Assembly (NCBI GenBank): GCA_038447835.1
Contig: JAWNZB010000001.1
Coordinates: 1 to 51,888, forward strand
Origin: Candidatus Igneacidithiobacillus chanchocoensis
GTDB taxonomy: Bacteria > Pseudomonadota > Gammaproteobacteria > Acidithiobacillales > Acidithiobacillaceae
Direction of reading: 5' to 3'
Length of the DNA: 51,888 nt
The position numbers were made by a program, and so were the translations under genes. The notes below the pieces were generated by a model that did not search any database, was not told where the DNA came from, and saw nothing but the letters and a program-made list of their open reading frames with translations. Shown one piece after another: positions 1 through 10,085 of this stretch. How positions within the stretch are numbered: the first letter of the stretch is position 1; each line of letters starts with the position of its first letter.

Positions 1-195
1 CATCAGCGCTACCTCTTTGGCGACGAACTCTCCATTGCTGACTGCGCCCTTGCCCCCTTGCTGTGGCGACTGCCGAGCCTCGGCATCGAGATGCCCAAGG
101 GCGCCAAGGCGACGCAAGACTACATGCAGCAGATCTTCGCCCTAGAGAGCTTTCAGCGCAGTCTCACCCCTGCCGAGAAAGCCCTGCGTGGATGA
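1..195 (+). CDS. sspA: Stringent starvation protein A, C-terminal part (truncated by window edge)
   Basis: Frame 1 reads HQRYLFGDELSIADCALAPLLWRLPSLGIEMP...FQRSLTPAEKALRG*, matching the GST-like C-terminus of SspA (DCxLAPLLWRLP, SLTxAE). Confidence 0.85.
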   Translation, partial: HQRYLFGDELSIADCALAPLLWRLPSLGIEMPKGAKATQDYMQQIFALESFQRSLTPAEKALRG

Positions 196-1901
196 CCGCG
201 GTGGTAAACGCGCTGGCTAACCTGGCGGCGGGTCTCTTCGCCCGCTGTGCGGAAAACCCGGCTGCCACCATTGCCTGGAGTTATCAGGGCGAGGGATTTT
301 CGCCCACACGTGCAGGCGCGTTTGCCGAGGGCGTGCGCGCCTACGCCCACGGATTGCTGCGCATGGGGATTCGTCGCGGCGACCGGGTCTTACTCATGGC
401 CCCCAACTCCGTAGCCTGGGCGATGCTGGATTTTGCCATCCTCAGCATCGGCGCCGTCACCGTACCCCTCTACATCAGCTTTGGCGCCCGCGAGCTACAC
501 TATGTTCTCGGTGATTGCTCGCCCAAGCTGGTACTCCTGCAGAATGCGGAAATGCTGCAACGCCTCAGTCCCCACGACTGGGGGGTAGATCCGGAACATC
601 TGCTCTTGCAGCACCCTGGCGAAGGCCAACGCGCTTGGTCGGCACTGGCAGAATTGGGAGCGGCAGATGCTCACTCGCCCTTGCCGGCAGAGTTGGGAGA
701 AATCCAACGCTCGGACCTGGCCAGCATCGTCTACACCTCCGGTACCACTGGTTGGCCCAAGGGCGTGATGCTCAGTCATGGCAACTTTCTCAGCAATATC
801 GAGGGGTTCTTGCACTTGGTGCCGCTGCGGGCGGGCCAACGTTTGCTCTCGGTGCTGCCCTTGAGCCATGTCTTCGAGCGCGCTACCGGGCACTTTGGCG
901 GCTACCTGCTCGGGCTGGAGAATGCCTATGCCGAGCGCCCGGATACCGTTCTGCGCGACCTGCGTGCCGTGCAGCCGGACCTGCTCATTGCCGTACCGCG
1001 CATCTTTCAATTGCTCTACGAGCGCACCTTGCGGGGTCTGCAGGAACGACAAGGCTGGGTGGGAAAGTTCCTGCGTCGTGGACTGGGCATCGAGGGCAAA
1101 GAGGCCGGCAACTGGCAACGCGCCCTGAGCAGCGGAGTCGTGCGTCGTCAGGTCCGCCGCCGCTTGGGCGGACGCCTGCAGTACTTCGTTTCGGGTGGCG
1201 CCGCCCTCGACCCGGCCATCGCCTCCTTCTTTTTGCGTCTCGGCCTGCCCATCCTCGAGGGCTACGGGATGACCGAGGCAAGCCCGGTCATCGCCGCCAA
1301 TCCCCTGCGCGCCATCCATCCCGGTACCGTCGGACTGCCGCTGCCGAATGTGGAACTGCGCATTGCCGCAGACGGCGAAGTCCTGGTGCGCGGCCCCTCG
1401 GTCATGCAGGGGTACTGGAACAACGAGGCGGCCACCGAGACCACGGTGATCGACGGCTGGCTACACACCGGCGACGTCGGCGAGCTCGATGCCAGCGGCT
1501 ACCTGCACATCACTGAGCGCAAAAAGGAGCTGATCGTCAACAGCGCTGGCGAAAACATCTCTCCGCAAAAGATCGAGATGCGCTTGGCGAGCCAGCCGCT
1601 CATTGCCCAAGCCGTGGTCTTTGGCGATGGACTGCCCTATTTGATCGCTCTTCTCTATCCGAACCCTGAACTCGTTCCATCGATCGTCGGACCAGAAAAT
1701 GATACCCGACGCCTCGAACAAGCCCTGCGCGAGAACATCGACCGCGCCTTGGCCGGGCTACCCAGCTTCGAGCAGGTACGACGCTTCGCTATCCTGCCCG
1801 CGCCTCTGAGCGAGCAGGAAGGCACCCTCACCCCCACCCTCAAGGCCAAGCGACGCCGGGTTGCCGAGCGCTACGCCGCACAACTCGCACAACTGCAGTA
1901 G
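192..1901 (+). CDS. Long-chain fatty acid-CoA ligase (AMP-dependent synthetase)
   Basis: YTSGTTGWPKG, GYGMTE, GWLHTGD and TPTLK motifs; ATG at 192 overlaps the sspA stop (ATGA). Confidence 0.9.
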   Translation: MTAVVNALANLAAGLFARCAENPAATIAWSYQGEGFSPTRAGAFAEGVRAYAHGLLRMGIRRGDRVLLMAPNSVAWAMLDFAILSIGAVTVPLYISFGARELHYVLGDCSPKLVLLQNAEMLQRLSPHDWGVDPEHLLLQHPGEGQRAWSALAELGAADAHSPLPAELGEIQRSDLASIVYTSGTTGWPKGVMLSHGNFLSNIEGFLHLVPLRAGQRLLSVLPLSHVFERATGHFGGYLLGLENAYAERPDTVLRDLRAVQPDLLIAVPRIFQLLYERTLRGLQERQGWVGKFLRRGLGIEGKEAGNWQRALSSGVVRRQVRRRLGGRLQYFVSGGAALDPAIASFFLRLGLPILEGYGMTEASPVIAANPLRAIHPGTVGLPLPNVELRIAADGEVLVRGPSVMQGYWNNEAATETTVIDGWLHTGDVGELDASGYLHITERKKELIVNSAGENISPQKIEMRLASQPLIAQAVVFGDGLPYLIALLYPNPELVPSIVGPENDTRRLEQALRENIDRALAGLPSFEQVRRFAILPAPLSEQEGTLTPTLKAKRRRVAERYAAQLAQLQ

Positions 1902-1908
1902 GGCTAGC

Positions 1909-2175
1909 TCAGTCGCCCATGCGCCCGTGCTTGTTGACCGCTGAGCTGTGTCCCCAAGCCTCCAGATTTTGTACTTGCACGCCTACCCACCAGTAGGGCG
2001 CGACACTATCCTGACCATGTCCGCCCACCAGGGCCTGACCGGGCGCCAGATGCACATGCTCGAGCAATTGCCGGGCAGCATCGCGACTACGGAATACCGA
2101 CCACGCCACCACTCGCTCCATGGGCGCCACCGAGGGCAGTTCCCGGGCCTCATCAAGAAAACGATCGTCGATCAT
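1909..2175 (-). CDS. Hypothetical protein (88 aa)
   Basis: Fills the gap between the ligase and rnpB; strong AGGAGG RBS before the ATG; CTATACT -10-like motif upstream. Confidence 0.7.
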   Translation of the reverse strand: MIDDRFLDEARELPSVAPMERVVAWSVFRSRDAARQLLEHVHLAPGQALVGGHGQDSVAPYWWVGVQVQNLEAWGHSSAVNKHGRMGD

Positions 2176-2227
2176 GTCTTTACCTCCTGTGCATCATCGC
2201 TGTGCTCAGTATAGTTCGCGACGTAGG

Positions 2228-2255
2228 TTGTGCACCGCGGCAAAGGGGGTATAGT
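2228..2255 (+). promoter_or_regulatory. Putative sigma70 promoter of rnpB
   Basis: TTGTGC-16 nt-TATAGT ending 7 nt before the RNA 5' end. Confidence 0.5.
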
Positions 2256-2262
2256 GCGCCCT

Positions 2263-2605
2263 GGAGTGGGCCAGACGACCGCCGCGGAGCAATCCGGGGA
2301 GGAAAGTCCGGGCTCCATAGGGCAGGGCGCCGGCTAACGGCCGGGAGGCGTGAGCCTACGGAAAGTGCCACAGAAAAGACACCGCCTAAGCGTGCAAACG
2401 CCGGTAAGGGTGAAAAGGTGCGGTAAGAGCGCACCGCGCTTTCGGTAACGGAAGTGGCAGGGTAAACCCCGCCCGGAGCAAGACCAAATAGGCGCACTAT
2501 GCTGTGGCCCGCAGCGTGCGCGGGTAGGTTGCTGGAGCTGCCCCGTAAGGGTCAGCCTAGAGGAATGGTCGTCCTCGACAGAACCCGGCTTATCGGCCCG
2601 CTCCA
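2263..2605 (+). ncRNA. rnpB: RNase P RNA, bacterial class A
   Basis: GAGGAAAGTCCGGGC, GGAAAGTGCCACAGAAA, GGTAAACCCC and ACAGAACCCGGCTTAT signatures; ends GGAGTGGGCC/GGCCCGCTCC pair as P1. Confidence 0.97.
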
Positions 2606-2746
2606 CTTTTCCCCACCAACCCAGAATTCTTCCCCTGAGCGAGCTAAAATCACATACAATTTAGCTGGTTATCGCGGTTTTCTCAGAATCTGCGCGAAAG
2701 CTCTCCCAGAAATCGCTAAGATACCGAAATATCGAGCATTTTTACC

Positions 2747-2775
2747 TTGACAGAAGATGCCTCCGACTCTACTCT
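2747..2775 (+). promoter_or_regulatory. sigma70 promoter of the dcw operon
   Basis: TTGACA (2747-2752)-17 nt-TACTCT (2770-2775) upstream of mraZ. Confidence 0.8.
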
Positions 2776-2782
2776 TCTCATT

Positions 2783-2807
2783 GTGGGAAGAAGTGGGGCA
2801 AAGTGGT
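2783..2807 (+). promoter_or_regulatory. MraZ-binding direct repeats
   Basis: GTGGG/GTGGG/GTGGT at 2783, 2793, 2803 with 10-bp period between promoter and mraZ. Confidence 0.8.
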
Positions 2808-2828
2808 ACAACGGAGAGCCACCCAGAC

Positions 2829-3281
2829 ATGTTTCGCGGCACACATCGTCATAGCCTGGATAGCAAGGGACGCCTAAGCGTGCCGGCGCGTTTTCGCGAC
2901 CAGCTCAACGCCCTTTGCGACGGGCAGATGGTGCTGACCATCAACCCCACCAGCGAAGAGAGCGAGCGTTGCCTCTGGGCCTATCCCCTGCCGCGCTGGG
3001 AGGAAGTGGAGCAGCAGATCGCCAGCCTGCCGAGTACTCAAGCCGCTACCCGCCGCTTCCAGCGCTTGTTCATCGGTCACTCCGAAGAACTGCGCCTCGA
3101 CAACCAATCGCGCATTCTCGTTTCTGCCAATCTCCGTCAGTTTGCGGGTATCGAACGCGATGTGGTCCTGGTGGGGCAGATCGGCAAGTTCGAGATCTGG
3201 GATGCCGCCCGCTGGGATCGTCAGGAAACCCTGCTCGACAATGAAGACCTGCTCGCCACCCTGGGAGACCTGCGCCTATGA
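2829..3281 (+). CDS. mraZ: Transcriptional regulator MraZ
   Basis: MFRG..LDSKGRLSVP and LDNQSRI repeats, FEIWD; first gene of dcw. Confidence 0.96.
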   Translation: MFRGTHRHSLDSKGRLSVPARFRDQLNALCDGQMVLTINPTSEESERCLWAYPLPRWEEVEQQIASLPSTQAATRRFQRLFIGHSEELRLDNQSRILVSANLRQFAGIERDVVLVGQIGKFEIWDAARWDRQETLLDNEDLLATLGDLRL

Positions 3282-4231
3282 GCGGCGAGCACCTTCCCGT
3301 CCTCCCCAGCGAGACCTTGGCCGCCCTCCGCCCGGCTTGGCAGGGCCAGGGCCCGCGCCGCTTGGTGGATGCCACGGGTGGCCGCGGTGGCCACAGCGCC
3401 CTGCTCCTCGCCAAGCTACAACTCGACGACCGCCTCTGCATCTTTGATCGCGACCCGAGTGCCGTCGAGGCCTTGCGGGCGCGCTTCGCCGACGACCCCC
3501 GGGTCGACCTGGTACAGGCGCCCTTCGACGCCCTGCTGTGGCAACTCGAGGCACGCGGCTGGATGGGCAAAGTCGACGGCATCCTTGCCGATTTGGGGGT
3601 ATCGTCACCGCAATTGGACGAGGCGGAACGCGGCTTCAGCTTTCTCCGCGATGGCCCCCTCGATATGCGCATGGATCCCAGCCAAGGCGAATCGGCCGCG
3701 CAGTGGCTGGCAACAGTCGACTTTAGCGAGCTGCGCCGCGTACTCCACGAGTATGGTGAGGAACGCTTCGCAACACGCATTGCCCGTGCCATTCTGGCGC
3801 GTCGGGAGTCGGCACCCTGGCTGCGCACCCGGGAGTTGGCCGACTTGATTGCCGAACTCATGCCGGCGGGCAAGGGCATTCATCCTGCCACCCGCACCTT
3901 TCAGGCCCTACGCATCCAGATCAACGACGAATTGGGCCAGCTCGAGCGCTTCCTACCCCAGGCCCTGGCGGCGCTGCGCCCCGGTGGACGGATGGCGATC
4001 ATCAGCTTCCATTCCTTGGAAGATCGGCTGGTAAAACGCTTCTTCCGTGCCGCAGAAGAGCGGCCGGATCCCCGCCTGCCCCTGCGTGCCGACCAATTGC
4101 CCCCCGCCCCCTGGATCGAGATTTCCCCGGCAATCCGCGCCTCGGCAGAAGAAATCGACCGCAACCCCCGCGCTCGCTCCGCCGTGCTGCGCGCAGCGAG
4201 CAAAAACCCGGAGTATCGCCATGCGTCGTAG
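3278..4231 (+). CDS. rsmH: 16S rRNA m4C1402 methyltransferase
   Basis: HLPVL, DATGGRGGHS, DLGVSSPQLD, HPATRTFQALRI, NPRARSA. Confidence 0.97.
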   Translation: MSGEHLPVLPSETLAALRPAWQGQGPRRLVDATGGRGGHSALLLAKLQLDDRLCIFDRDPSAVEALRARFADDPRVDLVQAPFDALLWQLEARGWMGKVDGILADLGVSSPQLDEAERGFSFLRDGPLDMRMDPSQGESAAQWLATVDFSELRRVLHEYGEERFATRIARAILARRESAPWLRTRELADLIAELMPAGKGIHPATRTFQALRIQINDELGQLERFLPQALAALRPGGRMAIISFHSLEDRLVKRFFRAAEERPDPRLPLRADQLPPAPWIEISPAIRASAEEIDRNPRARSAVLRAASKNPEYRHAS

Positions 4232-4484
4232 CACTCTGATTCTCGTCGCCCTGATCACCCTGACCTTGTTTGGCATCGTCGCCGCACGAGAAACCAGCCG
4301 CGCCCAATTCATTCGCCTGCAGGCTCTACAAAACAAGATCTTTACTCTCAACAACCAGTGGGGGCAGCTGCAACTGGAGCAGGCGACCCTGGCCTCGGAC
4401 CCGCGGGTGGGCGACATTGCCCACCGTAAGCTTGGTCTGGAGGCGCCCAAAAACAGCCAGATCGTGATGGTGAAGGCACAATGA
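4221..4484 (+). CDS. ftsL: Cell division protein FtsL
   Basis: One TM helix plus coiled coil (WGQLQLEQATL) between rsmH and ftsI. Confidence 0.9.
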   Translation: MRRSTLILVALITLTLFGIVAARETSRAQFIRLQALQNKIFTLNNQWGQLQLEQATLASDPRVGDIAHRKLGLEAPKNSQIVMVKAQ

Positions 4485-6217
4485 CCCCGGCCGTCGCCGC
4501 CCCCCAGCCCAGCTGGCGCCCGCGCCTGCTTTTGGGGATCCTTGCGGCGGGCTTTGCCGGTATCCTCTACCAATCCTGGCAAACGCAAATCGAGCAAAGC
4601 GGATTTTTGCGCAGCCAAGGACAACAGCGCTATCAACGCCTGCTCCCCCTGCCAACGCCGCCGCGGGGAGAAATCCTCGATCACAATGGCCGGCCCTTGG
4701 CGATGTCGGTGCCGAGCAGCGCCCTCTGGGTCGATCCCAAGGTCTTCAGCAACCAGCAGGCGCGCTGGCCGGAGCTCGCGCGCGTCCTCGGTATTCCCCA
4801 AGCCAGCATCGCCGCCCATTTGCAACATGGGGGCAGCGCCTTTGCCTATCTCGCCCGGCAACTCGATCCACAAATTGCCGCTCGTGCCCTCGCCTTGCAC
4901 ATCCCCGGCCTGCATGAGCAGGCGGAGTTTCGCCGTTTCTATCCCTTGGCCGAGGTCACGGGGCCGCTGCTCGGCTTCACCAACCTCGATGGTGCCGGCA
5001 GTGAGGGGATAGAACTCGCCTACGACCATGTGCTGCGCGGTCGTGCTGGCGAGCGCGAAATCGTCCGCGACAACCGCGGTCACCTTCTGGCCAGTGCCGC
5101 GGAAACAGCGAGTCAGCCGGGGCAGAACCTGACATTGAGCATCGATCGCCGCCTGCAATATGCGACCTACACCGCCCTGGCAGCGGCGGTGCAGCGTTTT
5201 GCCGCCCAGTCGGGCTCGGCAGTACTCCTCGATGCGCAAAGCGGCGCCATCCTCGCCATGGCCAGCTACCCGGCCAGCAACCCCAACGATCGCGAGCACT
5301 ACGCTCCGGCCGCCAGCAGCGACCGCGCCATCACCCAAACCTTCGAACCGGGCTCGGTAATGAAGCCCTTTGCCGTGGCTGCCGCCCTCGACAGCGGCAG
5401 CATTCGCCCCGATAGCCGCTTTGATGTCGATACCAACTGCTTTCGCGTTGCCGGTTATTGCATCCAAGACGATGTCCGTCACGGTACCCTCGACATCGCC
5501 CAGATCCTCAAATATTCCAGTAACATCGGCGCCGCCAAGATTGCCCTGCGGACGCCCGCCGCGGATCTCTACACGGTGCTGCAGCACGCCGGCTTTGGCG
5601 AGAGCGGGCAGTTGGGCCTGCCCGGCGAGGCGGCCGGTCGCCTGCCGGCCTACCAGCATTGGGGCCCCGCCACCCATGCCGCCATTGCCTATGGCTATGG
5701 CATCTCCGTCAACACCTTGCAGTTGGCCGCCGCCTATGCCGCCATTGCCAACGGCGGTATGTACGTGACACCGCACCTGCTGCTCGACCAGAAGGGGGCA
5801 GAGCGGCGGGTAATGCAGGCGGCTACGGCGGCGCGTCTGCGGCAGTGGCTGACCGGGGTGGTGCAGGCCCACGGCACCGGGTTTTTGGCCGCCATTCCTG
5901 GCTATGCGGTGGCCGGCAAAACCGGAACCTCGGCCATGGCCAATGGTCGCGGCGGATTTCATCGCCACCAGGTCAACACCACTTTCGTCGGTTTTGCCCC
6001 AGCCAACGCCCCGCGCTTCGTCATGGCGGTAACGGTGCGCGATCCCTCACGGGGCTGGCGGTATGGCGGCGTGGTGGCAGCACCGGTATTCCGCAGCGCC
6101 ATGGCAGTCGCTCTCCACCAGGCCAACATCGCGCCGGATCCGCGGCTAGCGGAAACGCTGCGGCCAAAGAGCCTGGGCGAGCAACAGCGCTGGGCCGAGG
6201 GAGCGGGCGATGCATAA
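4481..6217 (+). CDS. ftsI: Penicillin-binding protein 3 (FtsI)
   Basis: RGEILD, SxxK (GSVMK), SxN (SSN), KTGT motifs; dcw position. Confidence 0.95.
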   Translation: MTPAVAAPQPSWRPRLLLGILAAGFAGILYQSWQTQIEQSGFLRSQGQQRYQRLLPLPTPPRGEILDHNGRPLAMSVPSSALWVDPKVFSNQQARWPELARVLGIPQASIAAHLQHGGSAFAYLARQLDPQIAARALALHIPGLHEQAEFRRFYPLAEVTGPLLGFTNLDGAGSEGIELAYDHVLRGRAGEREIVRDNRGHLLASAAETASQPGQNLTLSIDRRLQYATYTALAAAVQRFAAQSGSAVLLDAQSGAILAMASYPASNPNDREHYAPAASSDRAITQTFEPGSVMKPFAVAAALDSGSIRPDSRFDVDTNCFRVAGYCIQDDVRHGTLDIAQILKYSSNIGAAKIALRTPAADLYTVLQHAGFGESGQLGLPGEAAGRLPAYQHWGPATHAAIAYGYGISVNTLQLAAAYAAIANGGMYVTPHLLLDQKGAERRVMQAATAARLRQWLTGVVQAHGTGFLAAIPGYAVAGKTGTSAMANGRGGFHRHQVNTTFVGFAPANAPRFVMAVTVRDPSRGWRYGGVVAAPVFRSAMAVALHQANIAPDPRLAETLRPKSLGEQQRWAEGAGDA

Positions 6218-7655
6218 CCCAGAAACCACCCTCGAAGCGATCTTGCCGGAACTGCAGGCGCACCGGTCCCTGGTCATTCGCGGCATCGATAGCGATACCC
6301 GTCGTCTACCCCCGGGCGGGCTCTTCTTTGCCCTGCAGACCCGTCATGGCAGCGCCGAGCACTTTTTGCCTGCCGCTTGGCAGACGGGCGCAGCCGCGGC
6401 CATCGTCGAAGGAGAAAGGGAGGCGTACCGCGAGGAAACGCAAGGGCCGGTCTGGATCCGTCCCGACGCCCGGGCGCTGCTCGGGCTTGCCTTGCGCCGC
6501 TGGTACCACTGGGACGCCGAGGCGCAGCCGACCCTGATTGGGGTTACCGGAACCAACGGCAAGAGCAGCGTCTCCCGCCTGATTGCCCAGCTCGCACCGG
6601 CCCCGGCGTATCTCATTGGTACCTTGGGCCATGGTCCGGTTGCCAGCCTCGAGCCCTTACCCAACACCACCCCCGAGGCGGTGGAATTATGGCGTCTCTT
6701 GGCCCAAGCCCGGCAGCAAGGGAGTCGGAGTGTGGCCATGGAGGTATCCTCCCATGCCCTCGCCCTCGGCCGGGTGGCGGCAGTGCCTTTTGCCGTTGCC
6801 GTCTTCACCAACCTGACCCAAGACCATCTCGATTTTCATGGCGACATGGCAAGCTATGGGGCGGCAAAGGCGAAACTCTTCGCCACCCCAGAATTGCGGA
6901 TTGCCATCCTCAACCATGACGATCCCTTCAGCGCCACCCTGCAGGCGCAGTTGGCGCCGGGAGTCGAGCTGCTTCACTACGGCTTCCAGGGCGGCGATCT
7001 TCGCGTTGTCGATTATCATCCCGGCGCCAGCGGCACCCTGCTCACCCTGCACACCCCCCAGGGCGAACGCCGCCTGCGCAGCCCGCTGATTGGTCGCAGC
7101 AACACCTACAATCTGCTCGCCGCCCTGACGACGGCAATGGCCCTCGGCTGGGACTGGGATGACGCCGCCATTGCCGCCCTCGACTTGCCCGCCGGACGTT
7201 ATCAAGTTCTGCCAGCGCGGCCGGACAAGGCGCGGGTGATGGTCGACTATGCCCACAGTCCCGATGCCCTGGAGCGGGTACTCGAGGACTTGCGCAGCAT
7301 CGCCAAGGGAAAGATTTGGGTAGTGTTTGGCTGCGGCGGCAACCGTGATCGCGATAAGCGCGCCAAAATGGGCGCCATCGCGGCGCGTCTGGCGGATCGG
7401 GTCATCGTTACCGACGATAATCCTCGTAACGAAGACCCGGAGCAGATCAGCCACGAGATACTGGCGGGTATTCCCGCGGGCGGCGCGGTGCTGGAGCACG
7501 ACCGGGGGCGGGCCATTGCGCTGGCCATCGATGCCGCACAGCCTGGCGACTGGGTCTTGATCGCCGGCAAGGGCCACGAGTCGTATCAGGAAATTGCCGG
7601 CAAGCGCCATCCCTTTGACGACCTTGCCAAGGCGAGGGAGGCGCTGGCCCGATGA
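6210..7655 (+). CDS. murE: UDP-MurNAc-dipeptide:meso-DAP ligase
   Basis: GVTGTNGKS, MEVSSH, DHLDFH, DNPR (DAP-specific), AGKGHE. Confidence 0.96.
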   Translation: MHNPETTLEAILPELQAHRSLVIRGIDSDTRRLPPGGLFFALQTRHGSAEHFLPAAWQTGAAAAIVEGEREAYREETQGPVWIRPDARALLGLALRRWYHWDAEAQPTLIGVTGTNGKSSVSRLIAQLAPAPAYLIGTLGHGPVASLEPLPNTTPEAVELWRLLAQARQQGSRSVAMEVSSHALALGRVAAVPFAVAVFTNLTQDHLDFHGDMASYGAAKAKLFATPELRIAILNHDDPFSATLQAQLAPGVELLHYGFQGGDLRVVDYHPGASGTLLTLHTPQGERRLRSPLIGRSNTYNLLAALTTAMALGWDWDDAAIAALDLPAGRYQVLPARPDKARVMVDYAHSPDALERVLEDLRSIAKGKIWVVFGCGGNRDRDKRAKMGAIAARLADRVIVTDDNPRNEDPEQISHEILAGIPAGGAVLEHDRGRAIALAIDAAQPGDWVLIAGKGHESYQEIAGKRHPFDDLAKAREALAR

Positions 7656-9001
7656 TCGAACTCAGCCTGCGCGAGGTCGCTACCATCTGCCAGGGCAAGA
7701 TCCTGCCCGCTAGCCCGGCCGACCTGCGGATTCAGGGCTTCAGCACCGACAGTCGGGCGGCACAGCCCAATGCCTTCTTCGTTGCTCTCAGCGGGCCGCA
7801 TTTCGATGCCCATGACTTCGTTGCCGAGGCCATCGGCAACGGTGCGGCGGCGGTGCTCGTCGGTCGGCCGGTAGATGCCCCCGGGGTGTTGGTGGCAGAT
7901 CCCCTGGCCGCCCTGCAAGCCCTTGCAGCCGCTTGGCGCCAGCACTGCCAAGCCAAAGTCATCGGCATCACCGGCTCGTGCGGCAAGACCACGGTCAAGG
8001 AGATTCTGGCAGCGATTCTGCAGGAGACCGGAAGGGTCGTCGCCACCCGCGGCAATCTCAACAACCACATTGGCGTACCCCTCACCCTCGGGCGCCTGCA
8101 TCCAGACGATCGCTACGCGGTGGTCGAAATGGGGATGAATCATGCCGGCGAGATCGAGCTGCTCAGTCGTCTGGCCCAGCCCGACCTCGTCATCATCAAC
8201 AACGCGGGAACGGCGCACCTGGAAAATCTCGGCTCCCTCGATGCCATTGCCGCGGCCAAGGGGGAGATCCTGCAGGGTCTCGACGCGCACGGCATTGCCG
8301 TGCTCAATGGCGACGATCGCTACATCGATTATTGGGCGGAGCGAGCCCCCGGCGAAGTCTGGCGCTTTAGCTTGGAAGACAAGCCGGCGCGGGTGCGGGG
8401 GAGCTGGACCGCGACCGCCGATGGCGGCGAGATGGCGGTAATTGCCCCGCAAGGACGCTTTACCCTGCACATCCCGCTGCCCGGACGCCATAACGGCGCC
8501 AACGTCTTGGCGGCCGTAACCGCTGCCCTCGCGCTCGAGGTACCCATCTTGGCAATTGAGGGTGCGGTGGCCCGCCTGCGCGGGGTACCGGGGCGCTTGC
8601 AGTGGGTGCCGGGGCTAAACAACAGCCGCTTACTCGACGACAGCTACAATGCCAACCCCGCCAGCCTCGAAGCGGCGCTACAAGTGCTGGCACAGCAGCC
8701 AGGGCGACGCATCTTGGTGTTGGGCGACATGGCCGAACTCGGACCGGAGGCAAAGGCCTACCATGAGCAGGCCGGACGCCGACTACGCGAGCTGGGCGTC
8801 GACGGACTCTTGGCGGTCGGCCCGCTGAGCGCTGCTGCGGTAGCCAGCTTTGGTAATGGCGGCCAACATTTTGCCGACCTGGATGCCCTCCTCACCGCCC
8901 TGCGCCCCCTTCTTGCCGCCGATGTCACGGTCCTCGTCAAGGGTTCGCGCTCAGCGCGCATGGAGCGGGTCATTGCGGCCTTGCGTGTGGAGGGGAACTG
9001 A
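7652..9001 (+). CDS. murF: UDP-MurNAc-tripeptide:D-Ala-D-Ala ligase
   Basis: [33 protein letters not shown]. Confidence 0.96.
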   Translation: MIELSLREVATICQGKILPASPADLRIQGFSTDSRAAQPNAFFVALSGPHFDAHDFVAEAIGNGAAAVLVGRPVDAPGVLVADPLAALQALAAAWRQHCQAKVIGITGSCGKTTVKEILAAILQETGRVVATRGNLNNHIGVPLTLGRLHPDDRYAVVEMGMNHAGEIELLSRLAQPDLVIINNAGTAHLENLGSLDAIAAAKGEILQGLDAHGIAVLNGDDRYIDYWAERAPGEVWRFSLEDKPARVRGSWTATADGGEMAVIAPQGRFTLHIPLPGRHNGANVLAAVTAALALEVPILAIEGAVARLRGVPGRLQWVPGLNNSRLLDDSYNANPASLEAALQVLAQQPGRRILVLGDMAELGPEAKAYHEQAGRRLRELGVDGLLAVGPLSAAAVASFGNGGQHFADLDALLTALRPLLAADVTVLVKGSRSARMERVIAALRVEGN

Positions 9002-9002
9002 C

Positions 9003-10085
9003 ATGCTCTACTACCTCCTCCTCCAGCTGCAGAGCCTCTACCACGGCTTCCATGTCTTCTCATACCTAACCTTGCGTGGGGTCTTGAGCATTCTTACCGC
9101 CCTAGTGCTTTCCCTGGGCCTAGGACCATTTGTCATCGCCCGGTTGCGGCAGTACAAAATCGGCCAAATGGTGCGCAGCGATGGCCCCGAAACTCATCTC
9201 AGCAAGCAGGGTACCCCGACCATGGGCGGCGCTCTGATCTTGCTGGTGGTCATCCTTACTACCCTGCTCTGGTCGGATCTCAGTAATCCCATGGTCTGGG
9301 TGGCGGTGCTCACCACTCTGGCCTTTGGTGCCATCGGCTTCATCGATGATTGGCGGAAACTGCGGCGTAAGAACAGCAAAGGCCTCTCGGCCCGCGCCAA
9401 ATACGGCCTGCAGTCTCTCGTCGCTCTCGGCGCCGCCGTTGCCCTCTATATCTGGAATGACGGCAGCGCGCCCCATAGTCTCATCGTGCCCTTCATTCCG
9501 CATCTGCTCATTCCCCTGGGGCTGGGCTTTGTGGTCTTCAGCTACTTCGTCATCGTCGGCACTTCCAATGCCGTCAACCTCACCGATGGGCTCGACGGCC
9601 TCGCCATCGTACCAACGGTCATGGTTGCCGGTGCCCTGGGAATCTTTAGCTATGTGGCGGGCAACGCCGTCTTTGCCCATTACCTAGAAATTCCCTTTGT
9701 TCCGGGCTCCGGGCAGTTGCTGATCTTTTGTGGTGCCTTGGTGGGCGCCGGTCTTGGTTTTCTCTGGTTCAACACCTATCCCGCCGAGGTCTTCATGGGC
9801 GACACCGGCGCCCTGGCCCTGGGGGCGGCCTTGGCCATTGTCGCCATCGTCGCGCGGCAGGAGTTGGTGCTGGTGATCATGGGTGGCGTCTTCGTGATCG
9901 AGACCCTGTCGGTGATGATCCAGGTCACCTCTTTCCGCCTCACCGGCAAGCGGGTTTTCCGTATGGCGCCGCTGCACCACCACTATGAAAAGAAGGGCTG
10001 GCCGGAGCCGCGGGTGGCGGTACGTTTTTGGATCATTACCGTGATTTTGGTCTTGATTGGCCTGTCGAGTTTGAAGATCCGATGA
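9003..10085 (+). CDS. mraY: Phospho-MurNAc-pentapeptide transferase
   Basis: [34 protein letters not shown]. Confidence 0.97.
   Translation: MLYYLLLQLQSLYHGFHVFSYLTLRGVLSILTALVLSLGLGPFVIARLRQYKIGQMVRSDGPETHLSKQGTPTMGGALILLVVILTTLLWSDLSNPMVWVAVLTTLAFGAIGFIDDWRKLRRKNSKGLSARAKYGLQSLVALGAAVALYIWNDGSAPHSLIVPFIPHLLIPLGLGFVVFSYFVIVGTSNAVNLTDGLDGLAIVPTVMVAGALGIFSYVAGNAVFAHYLEIPFVPGSGQLLIFCGALVGAGLGFLWFNTYPAEVFMGDTGALALGAALAIVAIVARQELVLVIMGGVFVIETLSVMIQVTSFRLTGKRVFRMAPLHHHYEKKGWPEPRVAVRFWIITVILVLIGLSSLKIR

Noticed and set aside
63-191. Longer start for the acyl-CoA ligase
   Set aside because: Overlaps sspA in another frame; ATG at 192 with ATGA coupling is more plausible
2180-2750. Several short ORFs over 2180-2750
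   Set aside because: They overlap RNase P RNA and the dcw promoter region
3953-5968. 671-aa minus-strand ORF
   Set aside because: Antisense shadow of rsmH-ftsL-ftsI, expected from GC-rich codon bias; no recognisable motifs
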